DNA from: Catajapyx aquilonaris
Taxonomy: Eukaryota
DNA length: 64,000 nucleotides
Direction of reading: 5' to 3'
Assembly (NCBI GenBank): GCA_000934665.2
Contig: JYFJ02001666.1
Span: 1 to 64,000 of the forward strand
The notes below the pieces were generated by a model, which saw nothing but the letters and a program-made list of their open reading frames with translations, searched no databases and was not told where the DNA came from. The position numbers and the translations under genes are program-made. Positions 26,353-39,510 of the stretch are shown here, in pieces. Positions within the stretch are counted from its first letter, which is position 1. Each line of letters starts with the position of its first letter.

Positions 26353-29300
26353 CGGATTAGGCGACCTCTCCCCATCCTCTCCACACCATGCACCATAATC
26401 GATCTGATTGGTGGAGCAGAGGGTGGGGGGCCTCAGCTCCACCAATCAGATCAGTGGTTACGGTGCGGTACAAAAGAAATGCTATTTTGAAACCCTGCCG
26501 TGTATGTCTTAACCACAGAGGTCGCACTATGTAGACATCCCTATTTATTTATTTATTTGAGAAGTTAGGACGTCACGGGTACTGTATTTGGTTCAGTCCA
26601 CCAATAATTATTTAGCGTAGTTTAACCAATCAAAAAAATTAAAGTTAATACATATATGAACTTTAATTCTACAACCATAAAGTCAACCTGTGTCGAATCC
26701 CTCTTGTGCCCTGTTTCCGCTGTTTCCCCCCGGTTTTTGGCCCCCAATTTATTCTTGGCCGGCCCGATTTCAATGCTGCAAAGAATTACGGGGCCTGGTA
26801 CCCTCCCCCCTCTTTTTTGTCCTAAAAAAATCCGGATCCAGCCCGGAACTAAACAAATCAAAAGTCTCGTGCTATTGACAAGCGGGCAAAGTGTGCGGGA
26901 ATTAGATTTTCCTGCCGGCGGCAGCAAGCAGCAGTCGCCTCGTGTTAATTTCCCCGCGATAGTCTCGCCCAAACCCAGGCCGGCTTGCTGTCTGACTAAT
27001 TACAACGAGGTGGGGGATGGCGGGGGAGGAATGGCGGAGGGAGGCAGGGTCTCGATCATCACAGAAAACTGACTCGACTGGAAGAACAGATTGTGGTCTT
27101 AAGTGATTACCTTCCGAATGCGGCGTACCGCGGGCCTCCTAAAACTTTTTTTCCCTGCCCTAGCAACCCCTACTTGCATATAATCATTACTGCGGGCCTT
27201 AATTGTTTGCTTATCTGACGACGGAGCAATAATTCCGTGCATCTAACTTGTGAGGATCTACACTCAGGCCAAACAACATAATAATGTATGGAGCGTGCTA
27301 CCTAATTATCGTACAAATGAGATCTGCGGGAAGGAGAAGGGGGGCGTGATAATCTTAGCGGCAGTAATTCTTGGGGCTGATGATGTATAACGCGGATTGT
27401 TGCAATGAATTCCAAAGTGATTATTGTGCTCAAATGCGGAGATACATCATGATATGCCGATTGTCCTAACTCGCGTAATTAGATTGGAGGGTGTGCGGCT
27501 CCTCAACAGAGGGCATTGGCGTCTGCTGGGTGTACCTGGGGGGAGGCTCTTTTGTGTGTCAGTCGTGAAACGGCCTGGCCGCAATAAATGGGTGTATTAT
27601 TGGACCACGACAGCGACCCTGAGGGGTCAGGAGGGAATCGATGACCTGAGATCTACCTTCACGGCTAATGTAACTAGTAGTGAAATGACATAGTGCTCCA
27701 GCTTAGGTTTAATATTTAATACGGCCTAACCGCCATAATAAGATAAATACTGTACGTAAAATGTTAATGTCACGTAAAATTGAATATGAACGGTCGCATT
27801 TATAATGCATAACTCAGCAACAATTTCTTGACTTCTGTATTCCATTAAGTTGCCAAGGGGGAAGAGGAAATGGCTCTTCTTTGAAGTCCTTTCGCCTTCA
27901 AGAAAACCTGCTTCAAAGAGTTTTCAGCCTAATTAAAGCTACACGTGACGTGATATTGACAACTTCTCTGTGACTTCGGCGTAACAAGTCGGATGTGGGA
28001 TTAGAACCAATCGGCCTCTGCCAGACGAAGGATCAGTTTAATCTCCTGCACAAAAAAGAGGGGAGTAGGGAAGGTTAATTCAGCAGTGTAAAAGGTGAAT
28101 GCCGCTCACTTCTTCGCTGAATTTTCAAAAGCACATGGCTTATTTAGCAGGATAATCCTGGAATCTGCTATTTTTTTCCCCTGCTGTTGCATCATTCCGT
28201 CAAGACTAATAGTTTCTGTCGGTAGGACTAGGCGCATTATCGCACCAAAGGGATTCAACAATAATTAATGATCCGTTTCTGCAAGCTGATTATCAAACCA
28301 GCAGGTTGAACACTACAGTGTTTCCCTCCAGGATTAGCCTCCCTATGCATTACACCCGCCCTCGTAGATTATATGCTGTGTGTAGTGCCATTGTTTGTTT
28401 GCTCGACCAACCGTTCCCCCCCCCCCACCTGTCCCCCTGCAAACAACAGGGGTGAAGGGAAAGCTGGCGTCTGGGTTGATGTACACTCTAAATAACATCT
28501 TACTAAACATGACGTGACAGGTCTTTGCAAAACATGTTTATTGGAAAAAAAACGTTGCAGTCGCCATCTAGGATCCCAATATTTATGCAATCATAACAGG
28601 GGGCGTCATCTGTGAGCCACATTTTGAACCACAATTTTGTAGCGTTCCTCATACCTTGTCTAATTTCGTTGATCGAGTGGGTAACATAGACGTAGGCCTA
28701 CAGTGCAATTGGGAAGAAAAGGGTAGTCTGAGGTGATTCAGTAGAAAACACGACTTGTGTTTTTTTATCCCTCTTTCGCTCAATCGAGTCTTTTCCCCCA
28801 TCGCATTTCACCCCCCCACAAGAGCCCTTCGGTTGCTCGTCGCATCTCTTTCGGGTACTCCAGCCAATTTTCTCCTTCTTGGCGGTCACACTTTCTGATC
28901 ACTGATTTTTTTTCCCCCTCTCTAGATTCTGTACCTGACTTGCGGAAGATGCATGGTTTCTATTACGTTCTGGGATTACTTCACTGGATGTTATTCTGTA
29001 CAGGTCTATTGCAGATGAGATCGTGGCGGGTTATTTTGAGTGTTGTTATTGTACATGAGGGAAACCAAATAGTAATTTCGTATTCATAGTGCTGATTACC
29101 AGTGTGTTCTTTCACTTCTGTGACACGAGGGAACTTGCCCTGAATATTATATACTCTATAGATATGTCCTAATAGAAGCCCCTGTTTAGGAATGAGCACC
29201 AATGTCCATCCCTGCAGTGACAGTATAATTAACAACATTGAACCCTGTGACACGCATGATATAACCTACATATTACTGCAATATAATTAAGTTCATCAAT

Positions 29301-29414
29301 ACACAGTGTAATGGGCGCAGAAATATGTCGCAAATTGCTCCACATGGCAAATCCTGAACCGTGCTAGTACGCTTTGTTACACAGGATTCACTGTGCTGTT
29401 TTCTTCTTTTACAG

Positions 29415-29457
29415 GGAAAGCACTGCCCCAGCATGTATAGAGAACTATATTACAAAG
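29415..29457 (+). CDS. CARPB: CARP penultimate coding exon
   Basis: ttcttttacAG acceptor; GKHCPSMYRELYYK, matching the CARP C-terminal CPxMY motif; donor AAG|GTGAGA. Confidence 0.9.
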
Positions 29458-29520
29458 GTGAGATTAGACCAATGTTAACTATGGTCCGTTTCCTGCCTGA
29501 AGTGTCATATTTCCCGGCAG

Positions 29521-29543
29521 CAAATTCGTGGAAACGTCCATAG
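29521..29543 (+). CDS. CARPB: CARP terminal coding exon
   Basis: After a 63-nt intron ending ggcAG; (A)NSWKRP-stop (TAG). The eight exons total 845 nt and are open in one frame. AATAAA candidates occur near 29767 and 29845. Confidence 0.85.
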
Positions 29544-32500
29544 AGGCTGGTCGTGATCTGACACCATGGCCTCGGAGAAACATCCGTGGACATCAAAAAC
29601 AGCGTAGAAGTGAAGAAAACAAAAAAAAAGTGGCTGTCAGTGCAACTCAACCAGAATGGGAAAGAAAATATATCCTACCTATAGGCTTACCGTAATTTAG
29701 TACCACGACGAGTACAATTGTTTCACAGTGCATATCTCACCGCCTGATATTGGCAGTTATGTTGCAATAAACCCCAATGTTCAAAGTGCAAACGCGCGGT
29801 ACTTATCGAGGTTAGGGTACATTCATGGCTCCAATCAAGCGTGTAATAAACTTGGATTAGGCTGTAGAGGATACCAAAACAGTGGTTTGGCCCACCCCCC
29901 ACCCCCAGCTACTCCCGAAAAAAAGTGCTAGTGCCAGTGCAGTGAACCCATGGTCTATATCAAAACAAACTACCTCATGTGAGGCAAAAAAAAATATCTA
30001 TCTAATTGGGACAGCCGCCCACGTGTATGCTCGTAAATTTTGATGGTCGCATTTAAGATTTTCGAGTCTGGGCCTTGCTGGAGAAGCCATACATATCATA
30101 TAAAATGTACTGAAAAATGCAGTGCAACTTCCCCCTTCCCTTTGTCCCTTCAATGCTCTTCTGGAACAATATGTACACTATTTGTTACGCGAACGACATC
30201 GGTGTGGTGGTCCTTTCACGGTAATATTTTCCTAGGCTTCACGTCATGTGTAGCGTGGCTCACGATGCAATAGCGACTGTAGTGTTCAACGTATAACTCG
30301 TAGAAGTCCGTCTCCCCCAAAAAAGAACATGAATAAACAAAAAGCACCGCATCTTTAGCCTACCTACAGAGAATGTCTTCTGCTGTATAATGTACTGGCG
30401 CCACATCAAAGTGGGTGAGAGAAAGAGAGAAAAAAAGGCCCACCACAACAAAACGTTGCAACTGTATACACCTATTTGGGGTAAGTTTTGTGCATGGAGA
30501 ATATTATTTTTAATGTGAACGTAACCGCTTGGAATAACCCCCTCGTTGACGCCATAGTTATATAGTAACGTTACTGTCCTTATGCCCGAAATAAAAAATG
30601 GTAACTGCCCAGCACAGGGTGCCGGAAAGATAACTGGTCGAGGATCATGAAACTTCAATTTAGTATTGAATGCAACTTCAATCCAGTACTTTCCGACACC
30701 TTGTACAGTAAATTGCTAAAAATGTGTTCGAGGCTACTCCATCAATGTGCACAGTGGACTATGCTTGACTCCGTATTACTAATGCTGTCAGGTCCAGTTA
30801 CTTCATGTCAAAATTAGTGACATTTAGTTCAACATGTAGTCTACATATCACTGTTAACCGGTCGCAATACATAGGCCATTATGTGTGTAACTTATATGAA
30901 GGGCTAAGATCTAACCAAAAAAAATACAAGGTGTTCCAATTAGTGGTTAGCGATCTTTTGAGGCTAAGTTGCTTATTTTTAAGCAGTTTCTTCGGAACAG
31001 GTTACTTTTAAATATTACCTGCTAATAACAGATTTGAAGGCTTGTTGGCCATTCTGAATGGATTGTGCTGTAGCCAAACATACGAGAAAGTGGTAACAGT
31101 TGGTCAAAAGCGAAACGCTCCATCGCAGATCCACCAATTGGGAGGGACAGGGAAGAACGTGTGTCGTTATTTACATCACTCACCGAAGGATTGGCTCACA
31201 GGCAGGGATACTTGTCAAGGCAAAAGGTCGCTTTTGGGCAATGAGGGTCATCGCTTCCCTGGCTAGAGACAGCGGAAGAGCATATATGTGAACCTGCAAA
31301 ATAAAAAAAAATCAAAGTATGAAGCCAGTTAGCAGGGAAGCGACCAATCCACGGCAATATTGTTTTTGAGGTGACTTAGCCAGGAGTAGACTAACAGTTT
31401 ATTACCAGAGTTTGTAGGCTGACTGAGGGGCAATTACATTCGTGAGCAGAAACAAAAACCAGAGGGAAATGCAAAGGTGACTTGTGGGTTATTTTCTCTC
31501 TCCTTCCCGGCAATAAGACGCTCTTACAAATAGTTCTTTCCATGAACCCAATATGAGAAGTTGCTATCCTGATAGCATATGAAAGTAGCAATTCCAAAGT
31601 AACTCCTTAAAATACGCAGCTTAGCTTCTAAGGCAATTTCAATTGAAACACCCTCTATAAGATATGTGACACTAATGAATCTGAAAGTTACTCAAATGTG
31701 TGGCTCAATATTACGTTAAAAAGATTTGCCTAATTTGAAATACAGTACGGCATTTGAAATGGGAAGTTTAGGTCATACACATATGGAAATATCAATATCA
31801 AAGAACTAGCTACATATCCGTGCTTAGTATTAAAAATATATGTACCGGTTAATGTGCCGATTTTATGAATTCTTAGGTGCATAAGCCTTTCACAAAAGGG
31901 GGAACTGTCATGTCTAATATAACAGAATTCAGGAATCATTGCCACTCTTTTTGACATGATCATAGCTTTGCTTTTCCGCGGCACAAAAACTTCCAGTTCA
32001 TTACCATTGATTAATGTTCACGAATGCAACGACAAATTTTAGTTCAGTATATAAAGTATGACTGATGTATAGACTAGTGCATATGCCATGTGTCTGTGTA
32101 ATCCTGGGCTTCCCTCAAATACATCCATATATTTGGTATACATATAGGATGTATGCAGACACACGGCCTCGGCTGCAAAAGGCAGCTAATATCGGAATAT
32201 GCCTCACCTGATATTATAATGGAAATATCGAAGTCAGCATTAGGAATACGGAAGCACCGGCTGAAATCAATGCACAGCAATAATACATATAAATCAGTCG
32301 GTGTGGCTTTTTTGCCATTGGACATGTTGGCCGCTTTTTTGGAATCTGGCAGTTGATTCCTTTTTGAAAATGCGTCCTTGTGCTACAATATCTTTTTTAA
32401 GAAGTGCTGTCGCGACCAATGAAAGGAACGTTTAGTACTGTAGTCCACCCATATTTCTACAGAGAGCGTAGCAATCTGCAAAATGTGTTTATGTCAAACT

Positions 32501-33646
32501 GCAAAAAAGAAGAACACTGGAAAAAAATGAACATTCAAACTCCTTATAACGTCTGAAGTTGTGCAGAATTGCCATTGGAATAAACAGAGGCTTTGAAAGT
32601 TAAGCTTTGTCGTTTCGTTCATCACAAAAGCGTTGCCTATAAAAGGAATCCTGTATTTTACACTCTGCTTCCTTTTACTGCTGAAAGTAGACGGCGTTCA
32701 TACCGAAGGTCTTATCTCGCCGAGTTGCGTACGGCCTTTACATCGGGGCATCAGGAATTTGCTCGGGTAGATAACTACCCAAGGAAATCAGCCCCAAGCT
32801 TTAATGACGCGAAGTGCGTCGTCTTCTTTTTTCGAATCATTTTTTTCAGAAAGGCTGGCGTTGGTTTACTTCAGATTGGTGAACTTCGACACAAAATGAA
32901 GGTAAGTTATATAATTATGTTGAAATATGAAGAAAATGAAATACTTACTACCCCATTTTTAATGATCGACAACATAAATAACGTATATAGCACTCGTACA
33001 CAAGCTGGAATGTGGGGCTTACCATGTAGTGATACCACCATTTCAACCTCGTTTTTCACTGCATGAAGTGATTTTTTTCATGTGTAATCTCCCATGCACC
33101 TGCCAATATGACCGGCAACATTACAGCAATGCAAGTACGATATCGTCACAGCGATGTGGAAATATAAATGGGTCTATTATTTGAATCACCCTATGTAGAA
33201 TTAGCATTATCGGCGGCATCGCTCTATTCGGGTCCAAATCATAAAAACCACCAAAGGATTTTTTGGCACGTAACAGTCTTTTTTTATCAGAACCCTTCCA
33301 TCCCGATGCCAATAATGATGACTGGTAATCCAGTGTTGCCAATTAATAGTCATCAATAAAATTTCGCATTCTGAGAAAAACACAAATATAACCTGCATTT
33401 ACACTATATTTACACAAAAAAATGTGTCCCGTATTCATTATTTTGCAGAGCCGTTGTAAAGCAGGCTCACATATTTCTTTGGGCATCAATATTAGCTCCA
33501 TACCTATTATTCATTCAATGGACATTAGAGTAGAAACGTCACAAGCCTTCACTGTTGCCCAGTGGCGTCACTAACTATTCTCTGGTTGAATATAGTCATT
33601 TATTTAAAAAATCACTCTTGTTGTACTTTCACAAAAAAAATTGGTG

Positions 33647-33743
33647 GAATTTCAGTCCCACTGCTAGTTACTGCTAACTTAGCAGTATCTTGCCAACACT
33701 GGCACTGCTAAGTTAGCAGTAACTAGCAATGGGACGAAAATTC
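33647..33743. repeat. Short hairpin, probably a tiny MITE
   Basis: TCCCACTGCTAGTTACTGCTAACTTAGCAGT pairs with ACTGCTAAGTTAGCAGTAACTAGCAATGGGA. Confidence 0.75.
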
Positions 33744-33850
33744 GACCCATTGTTACTATACCAGGCAAATTATAATGGTCCCCATATTTTCCTAACAAAA
33801 ACATTATTCTTAAATTTTCTAAAATCATTTTATACTAATGTAGGAAATTT

Positions 33851-34097
33851 AACCGAAGCAGGTTGGCATTGGGAGGACCTTCCGATTAGCAGTCGGACGC
33901 CTTGTCCGACTGCTAATCGGGAGGTCCTGGGTTCGAATCCCGGGGCCGGCAACTCTGACCGTGGTTTTCTGTGGTTTCCCACGGTCCTTCCAGGAAAATT
34001 CCGGGGTTGCTTCCGTAATTAATAGGCCACAGCCGCTTCCTTCCGTCCCTATCCTATCCCAAAGAGCACAGTAAAATGAAAGCAAAGAGTTCCAGGC
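33851..34097 (+). mobile_element. tRNA-derived SINE, family S2, tail-less rearranged copy
   Basis: ACCGAAGCAGGTTGG head, B box GGTTCGAATCC; 14-bp TSD AATGTAGGAAATTT at 33837-33850 and 34098-34111. Confidence 0.88.
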
Positions 34098-37000
34098 AAT
34101 GTAGGAAATTTCAAAAGGCCCCCAATGTTCAAGAATAAATTATGATTGATGTTCGTAATTATTAAACCACACACCAACAATTTCCTCTAGTAAGTTAGTA
34201 GATATGTGAGCTCACTCTTGCACTTCAGTAGGACATTCGAATTTACCGGCAAATATTGCTGGCGGTCATTTTTCCGCCCCAAAAAGAGCAGCTTTGGCAT
34301 ACCGCCTGTAAAGAAGTCCCAATACTGTTCCTGACACTTATTTGCATATCCATTTGGTCCTGAAGGAAACTCAAGCTAGAAAAAAAGAGATCCCGCGACA
34401 GCTGCCGCCTCGTCAACTGCGATATTTGCTCCCCGGGATGATAGTTTACGTTTAATGGACTTCATTTGCTTAAATATCTCCTAAGAGGTTTTCCTCCGCG
34501 GTTTCTGAAGAACTCAGCCCACTTCTCCTTTTTTTACTTCCCCTCCCCCCCCCCCTTTTTTATTGTGGGATGTAACAGCACGGGAAGGAGTTGCCTGAAT
34601 CGATCTCGGCTTTTCCGCGAAGATGCCACAGTATTCTTCTTTTTTTCTTCCTCTGCCACATGCACCACTGAGGTAATTTGACGTTGGATATACTTAGTAT
34701 ATGGCAAGATGGAAGAAGGGAACCTCATTTGGGAGACTATTATTGGCGCAATGCTTATGCATAGGGGAAATTCGATTTGGTAACATTCCTTGGGGCGGGG
34801 AGGGTAGGGGTGGGGGACGTCGAAGATCACTTTCTTTTTTTCCGGTGAAGTGAGGGCAAAATGATCTTTTCAGAAGAAAAGTGCGGTAGTTGAGAAGGAA
34901 ATGGCCAGCTTTAGAATGTCCTTACTTTCAAATCGGAGCGTAAAAAAGCAGAAAGGGGAAAATATGAGCTGCTTATGAATTTGGCACTAGCTTTGTATAT
35001 CACACGGACCTTGCATATTTTCTATTACTACGTATGACTCTTAATCGGCAGTAATTGACTTTATACCACGTAATTATGGGGCCAAATTTAATCGTAAATA
35101 TCGTTGGGATACCGACGTTCAATTATGACTATTTTCAGTAATTTGCACTGCTCTATCGCCTGGTGGCATACATTTAATCGTGAGTATTCATAATGAGCCA
35201 GCAAGCCAGCATTTTTTGTTACTCTAGCATGTAAATAAGTGCTGTGTCAAATTTTTCATTGGCATTATCTCCAAACTGGTTTTGTGGATGTAGGGAATTT
35301 CGTCCTGTATGCCCAGCCTGTTTTATTAGATGCCTACATTTCCCCCACCAAATCGTATATAATTTCACCATAATAAGCACTCTGAATATTTCCCGGCCCA
35401 TTCTCTCTCTGAAGTAGAGCTGGCAGCACTGCACAGCATAAAAGGACCATCTGGCTGCCTCATCAATTAGTTCATGCTCCCCAATGTTCGGAAAAACCCC
35501 CGGATAACAATCGGCATGCACACACAATCCCTGAACACACACATACACACCCACGCAAGCAAAGAACAGAGTTTGGACATCGTTCGCGGTTGAGCTACCT
35601 CCCGGCAAATTGGCCTTTCTGTTTAGAAGAATCCCCCTTCATCCCTCCTCCCACCCCAACTGTTCTACTCCTCCAGCGCCCTCGTCTAATTTAATTGTTC
35701 GCAGCCATCGATTTGACCATGGAGCAAACCGAGCGAGATAATCGCATTGCCACTCACACGTCTCCATCCCGTAAGAGCGCTTCAACCACTTGCCTAAGCC
35801 TTCACAACCCAACAAGGCCAAGAAGGGGGAAGGCGGGGGGAGCTGCCTCACCCCCTCACCACCAAGCTCCATCCCTCGAACAAGCTCGGAAAAAAAAACT
35901 CCACAAAACTTTTTTAGACTTTGGCTTCCTGATGGAGAAACAGAAGACAAGGAGACAGAGGCTGGGGCTTATTGGTTTTTGGACTCAAATTTTCCACTTT
36001 CGGTGGCAGGGGTCGGACTTGTCATGGGATATTTCCAGGGGGAGCAGGGGGACACTGACCCACCCAACTGAACGGGATCTATTGAAGATTATCCGATGCT
36101 GCCTGGCACCACTGTGCAGGTGGTAATCTCATTTTGTGCGTGGAACTTTTTTACTTTGTACACAAAATATGTTGCACGATACTTCTCTGACCAATTCATA
36201 ATTCATATTACTGGGAAGAACATACGAACCCTCAAACCTCAATTCACCAAAAGAAAGCTTATTTCAGCCTCTTCTAAGCATTGTACAGTAGAAGTACAAA
36301 ATATATGCTGCACATATATAGGATGTTACCGAATGACAAATTATGTTGGCAATGCGTGTGATTATGTCACGCAGTATTATGCAGAATTGCGGTTCACCAA
36401 AATTAGTCATTGAAATATTTCAATTCACATAATGTCTGTTTAGACTTATGCTGCGGACAAATCACATTTTAACCTGTAAATAACCTTTAGAATAATACAA
36501 CAGCCTGTGGATTTTTCCAAATTCCTCGGCTATAAAAATGCTTCACTAAAAAGGTAGCTAACACGGGAACATAAAACCAATAACCATTGAAATATGCTAG
36601 AACAAGACTGCATCAAGATTCAGATCTTTTGAGAAGAACACAATGTTTTTATAGGATGTTTCAGGTTCATGTGCAGTGCAGCCGTACGTATTAGGTAGCC
36701 AAAAATAACAGTTCAGAATTCACACCATGTTGTTTCGCCTAAAGCTTCATAAGTACAATATTACGAGTAGTATAATAGTGACGTTCACTATATAGGGTCA
36801 AAACTAACAATGAAATGAGGAAGGTTGCAAGGAAGGAAACATTACTCGATAACTCAAGGAACAAGATGTAACAGTTGAGTAATTTGTCCAGATAAAGCAT
36901 TTATGGCACTATCGTGTCTTCTCGTACAGTGTATACAAACATGAAGTAATTCGTGTACAAGAAGCTTCAATTTACAAACAACTTATAGGCTAATCCCCAG

Positions 37001-38889
37001 CTTGCTAATTATTACACAGAATATCTCTTCCAATGACGCATTACTTTGTAATATGCAATGACATTTATTATCCACTGGCAGGATGGTCCCCCTATCAATT
37101 ATTTATTTGTCGACCATCTATTTTCTGAGCCCCAAAGCAAACTAAGGGTTCGAACCAAAAAATTTAATGGTTTTTTGTCCTCGCAACTAATTCCAGCCCC
37201 TGGAAAAGTAACGAAGATAAAATAAAGCCGTCTTGGTGAGGGTTAAAAAAGGGAAACTTTTTTTCTCCTATTCTTGGGCTTAGGTGAAGTGAAGGAGAAG
37301 AATAAGAGGCAGAGAAAAATACCGCCTGATTTATCGCCGTATCAAAGTGAGAACAAGTAGGCTAACGACTTACGCTTGAACGAACTTGAGAGCTTTAAAA
37401 GTCGGAAGATTTGTAGGACAATCCTTCCCCTCCCCTCTGACTAGAGGGTAATGTTAACGAAGTGTTCCATGGAATGGCACCTAGGCTGCCTGGCAAGCGG
37501 ACCGTAAAGGAAGTCTTCAGCTGTTTTTCTTCCTTTCCCTTGCTAAAATTTTCCACCAGGCCGAGGAGGTAAAAGTTGACGGGGGTGATCATTCATTGAC
37601 TACTTTGCACAACTTTTTTTTCAGGGGTGGGGAGGGGGGCCTTCTCAGCTCACTATGGCTCTCTGTAATAAAATGGGCTTGTCATGCTGCGGGGATGTAA
37701 TCAAAAAGTTTCAAAATTGGGCTGTTCAGAAGGAAAAGAGTTGTCGTCGATCACATCTGGCGTAAATCGGGTCTAATCCAACAATACCCTAGTAACATAT
37801 TCTACTTCGAACGCTCACCAAGGAGTCGTCACCTGGTACACAGCTTCTTAAGTTGGAATAGTTTGTCCTATGCCGTAATATGCACCAACTGTAACTGCGC
37901 AATGTTTTCCATGATCATTTATAAAGAACTGTTTTTCCAAGTTTTATTATCATACAATTTTACTTGCAAAGGAATTAGGAATTTAGTCTCGCCCAACTAA
38001 CAGCTTCTTGTTAAATACTTTCACAAGTCCACTGTAATACAACCAACTGCTCGTAATATGCTGCTATAGCGTGGAATGTGGAAAAGTGCTCTTTACCTGC
38101 TGGATTTGAAAACAACCCGTCAACATTTTATCCTGCCAGTTAGACTTCTACACGCACAAGAGAGGCTGATGGGTAGCTATGAACGGTCAGGATGAACAGT
38201 CTTGCTGTGTAGCGTCTACCATTTTCATCAACAACCCTAAACAATCATTTGCCACTCTGCAATGTTTATACCTACAAGGTGTTTCATAATTATTCAGACG
38301 AACTGTTAGAGTCAACTCCTGCAAAGGTATCATTGGTCTCAGCAGTTTTTTTCCTTGAGATAGCCTAATATATATTATCTTTAATCAAAGAATTCTGACA
38401 TACAGGATGAAAAAATATCCCATATATAAGAAAAATAATACACAAGCACATACTTAGGGGTTAATATTTGCTAAGGGGCCAAATTAAGTATGGTAACAAA
38501 AGTTGTTACTTTTCAGCCATAATTTATTTCCTGCATTCTCTGCGTGTGCCCTAATAAACTATAATGTCGAAACATTTCATCATAAATGTGACGAGATAAT
38601 AAATTTTCTCTCATTACCTTAACTACAGATTAAACTAATTTTCACTTGTTAAAACTTTACTTTGTATTAGATAAATGTTATAAGCATACTTCCCACACCT
38701 TCACACAGTGTAAATAAAAAACCTCGTCAGAATTTTACATACTTGCAAGTTTTAAATAAGTTCACCAAAAATTTTGTGAAATCATCAGTTTACAATAAAT
38801 TATATTTCCCTAAATTTCTGAGACAGAAAGAATGCAGCATCGGAAATAGTCCAATACCCCCATCAATTAGTGTTACTCATGTATAAATA

Positions 38890-39117
38890 CAGGGTGTTCC
38901 AAGTTTGTGGGTAGTTTTTTATGACTGATATCGCCCGAAGTAGTTATTTTTGTGTAGCTTGTGCCCCGATCCAGATTCCCCATTACTCCCAAGGGGTCGA
39001 ATGTAGCAGATGCTATAGAAATGGGGAACTTGGTTAGGGGCACTACTAGCTACAAAAAAAACTACCCCGGGAAATATCAGTTATTTAAAAAATTCCCCAC
39101 AAACTTGGAACACCCTG
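38890..39117. mobile_element. MITE family M1, intact copy in opposite orientation to 555-791
   Basis: TA|CAGGGTGTTCCAAGTTTGTGGG...CCCACAAACTTGGAACACCCTG|TA. Confidence 0.88.
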
Positions 39118-39152
39118 TATAATTATCCTATTCAAATAAGTATTTTGTCAAT

Positions 39153-39510
39153 GGGAAGGTGTGGATGGCCGAGATGGTAACGTCTCGGCTTGCTGAGTGA
39201 AAGGCCCCAGGTTCGATCCCCGCCTGGGGAGCTTTCCTTTCACCTGCGTCGGGAGGGTCTCTGACCTGCACCAAGGAGGTGTCTGGCAACCTAACCTCCT
39301 AGGGAACAGCACATGGCCCCTTTACAGACCTTGCACTTCCACCACATGTTCCCTCCTCAAAAATCCCTATCCTTATCCCCATGTCCCTGTCTCCTTGCAC
39401 CGGTGAGCGAAGAAAAATAGTACAGAGTTACTAGAAAACTGATGGTGGTGTGCCACCCCCCTAAAAAGGCCGCTTATCACGGGGTAACGTAAAAAATAAA
39501 AATAAAAATA
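39153..39510 (+). mobile_element. tRNA-derived SINE, family S3
   Basis: A box TGGCCGAGATGG, B box GGTTCGATCCC, 3' TATCACGGGGTA plus A-rich tail; 19-bp TSD AAATAAGTATTTTGTCAAT at 39134-39152 and 39511-39529. Confidence 0.9.

Noticed and set aside
32593..33066. 157-aa ORF
   Set aside because: TTG start, no motif and no splice support; treated as a chance ORF.
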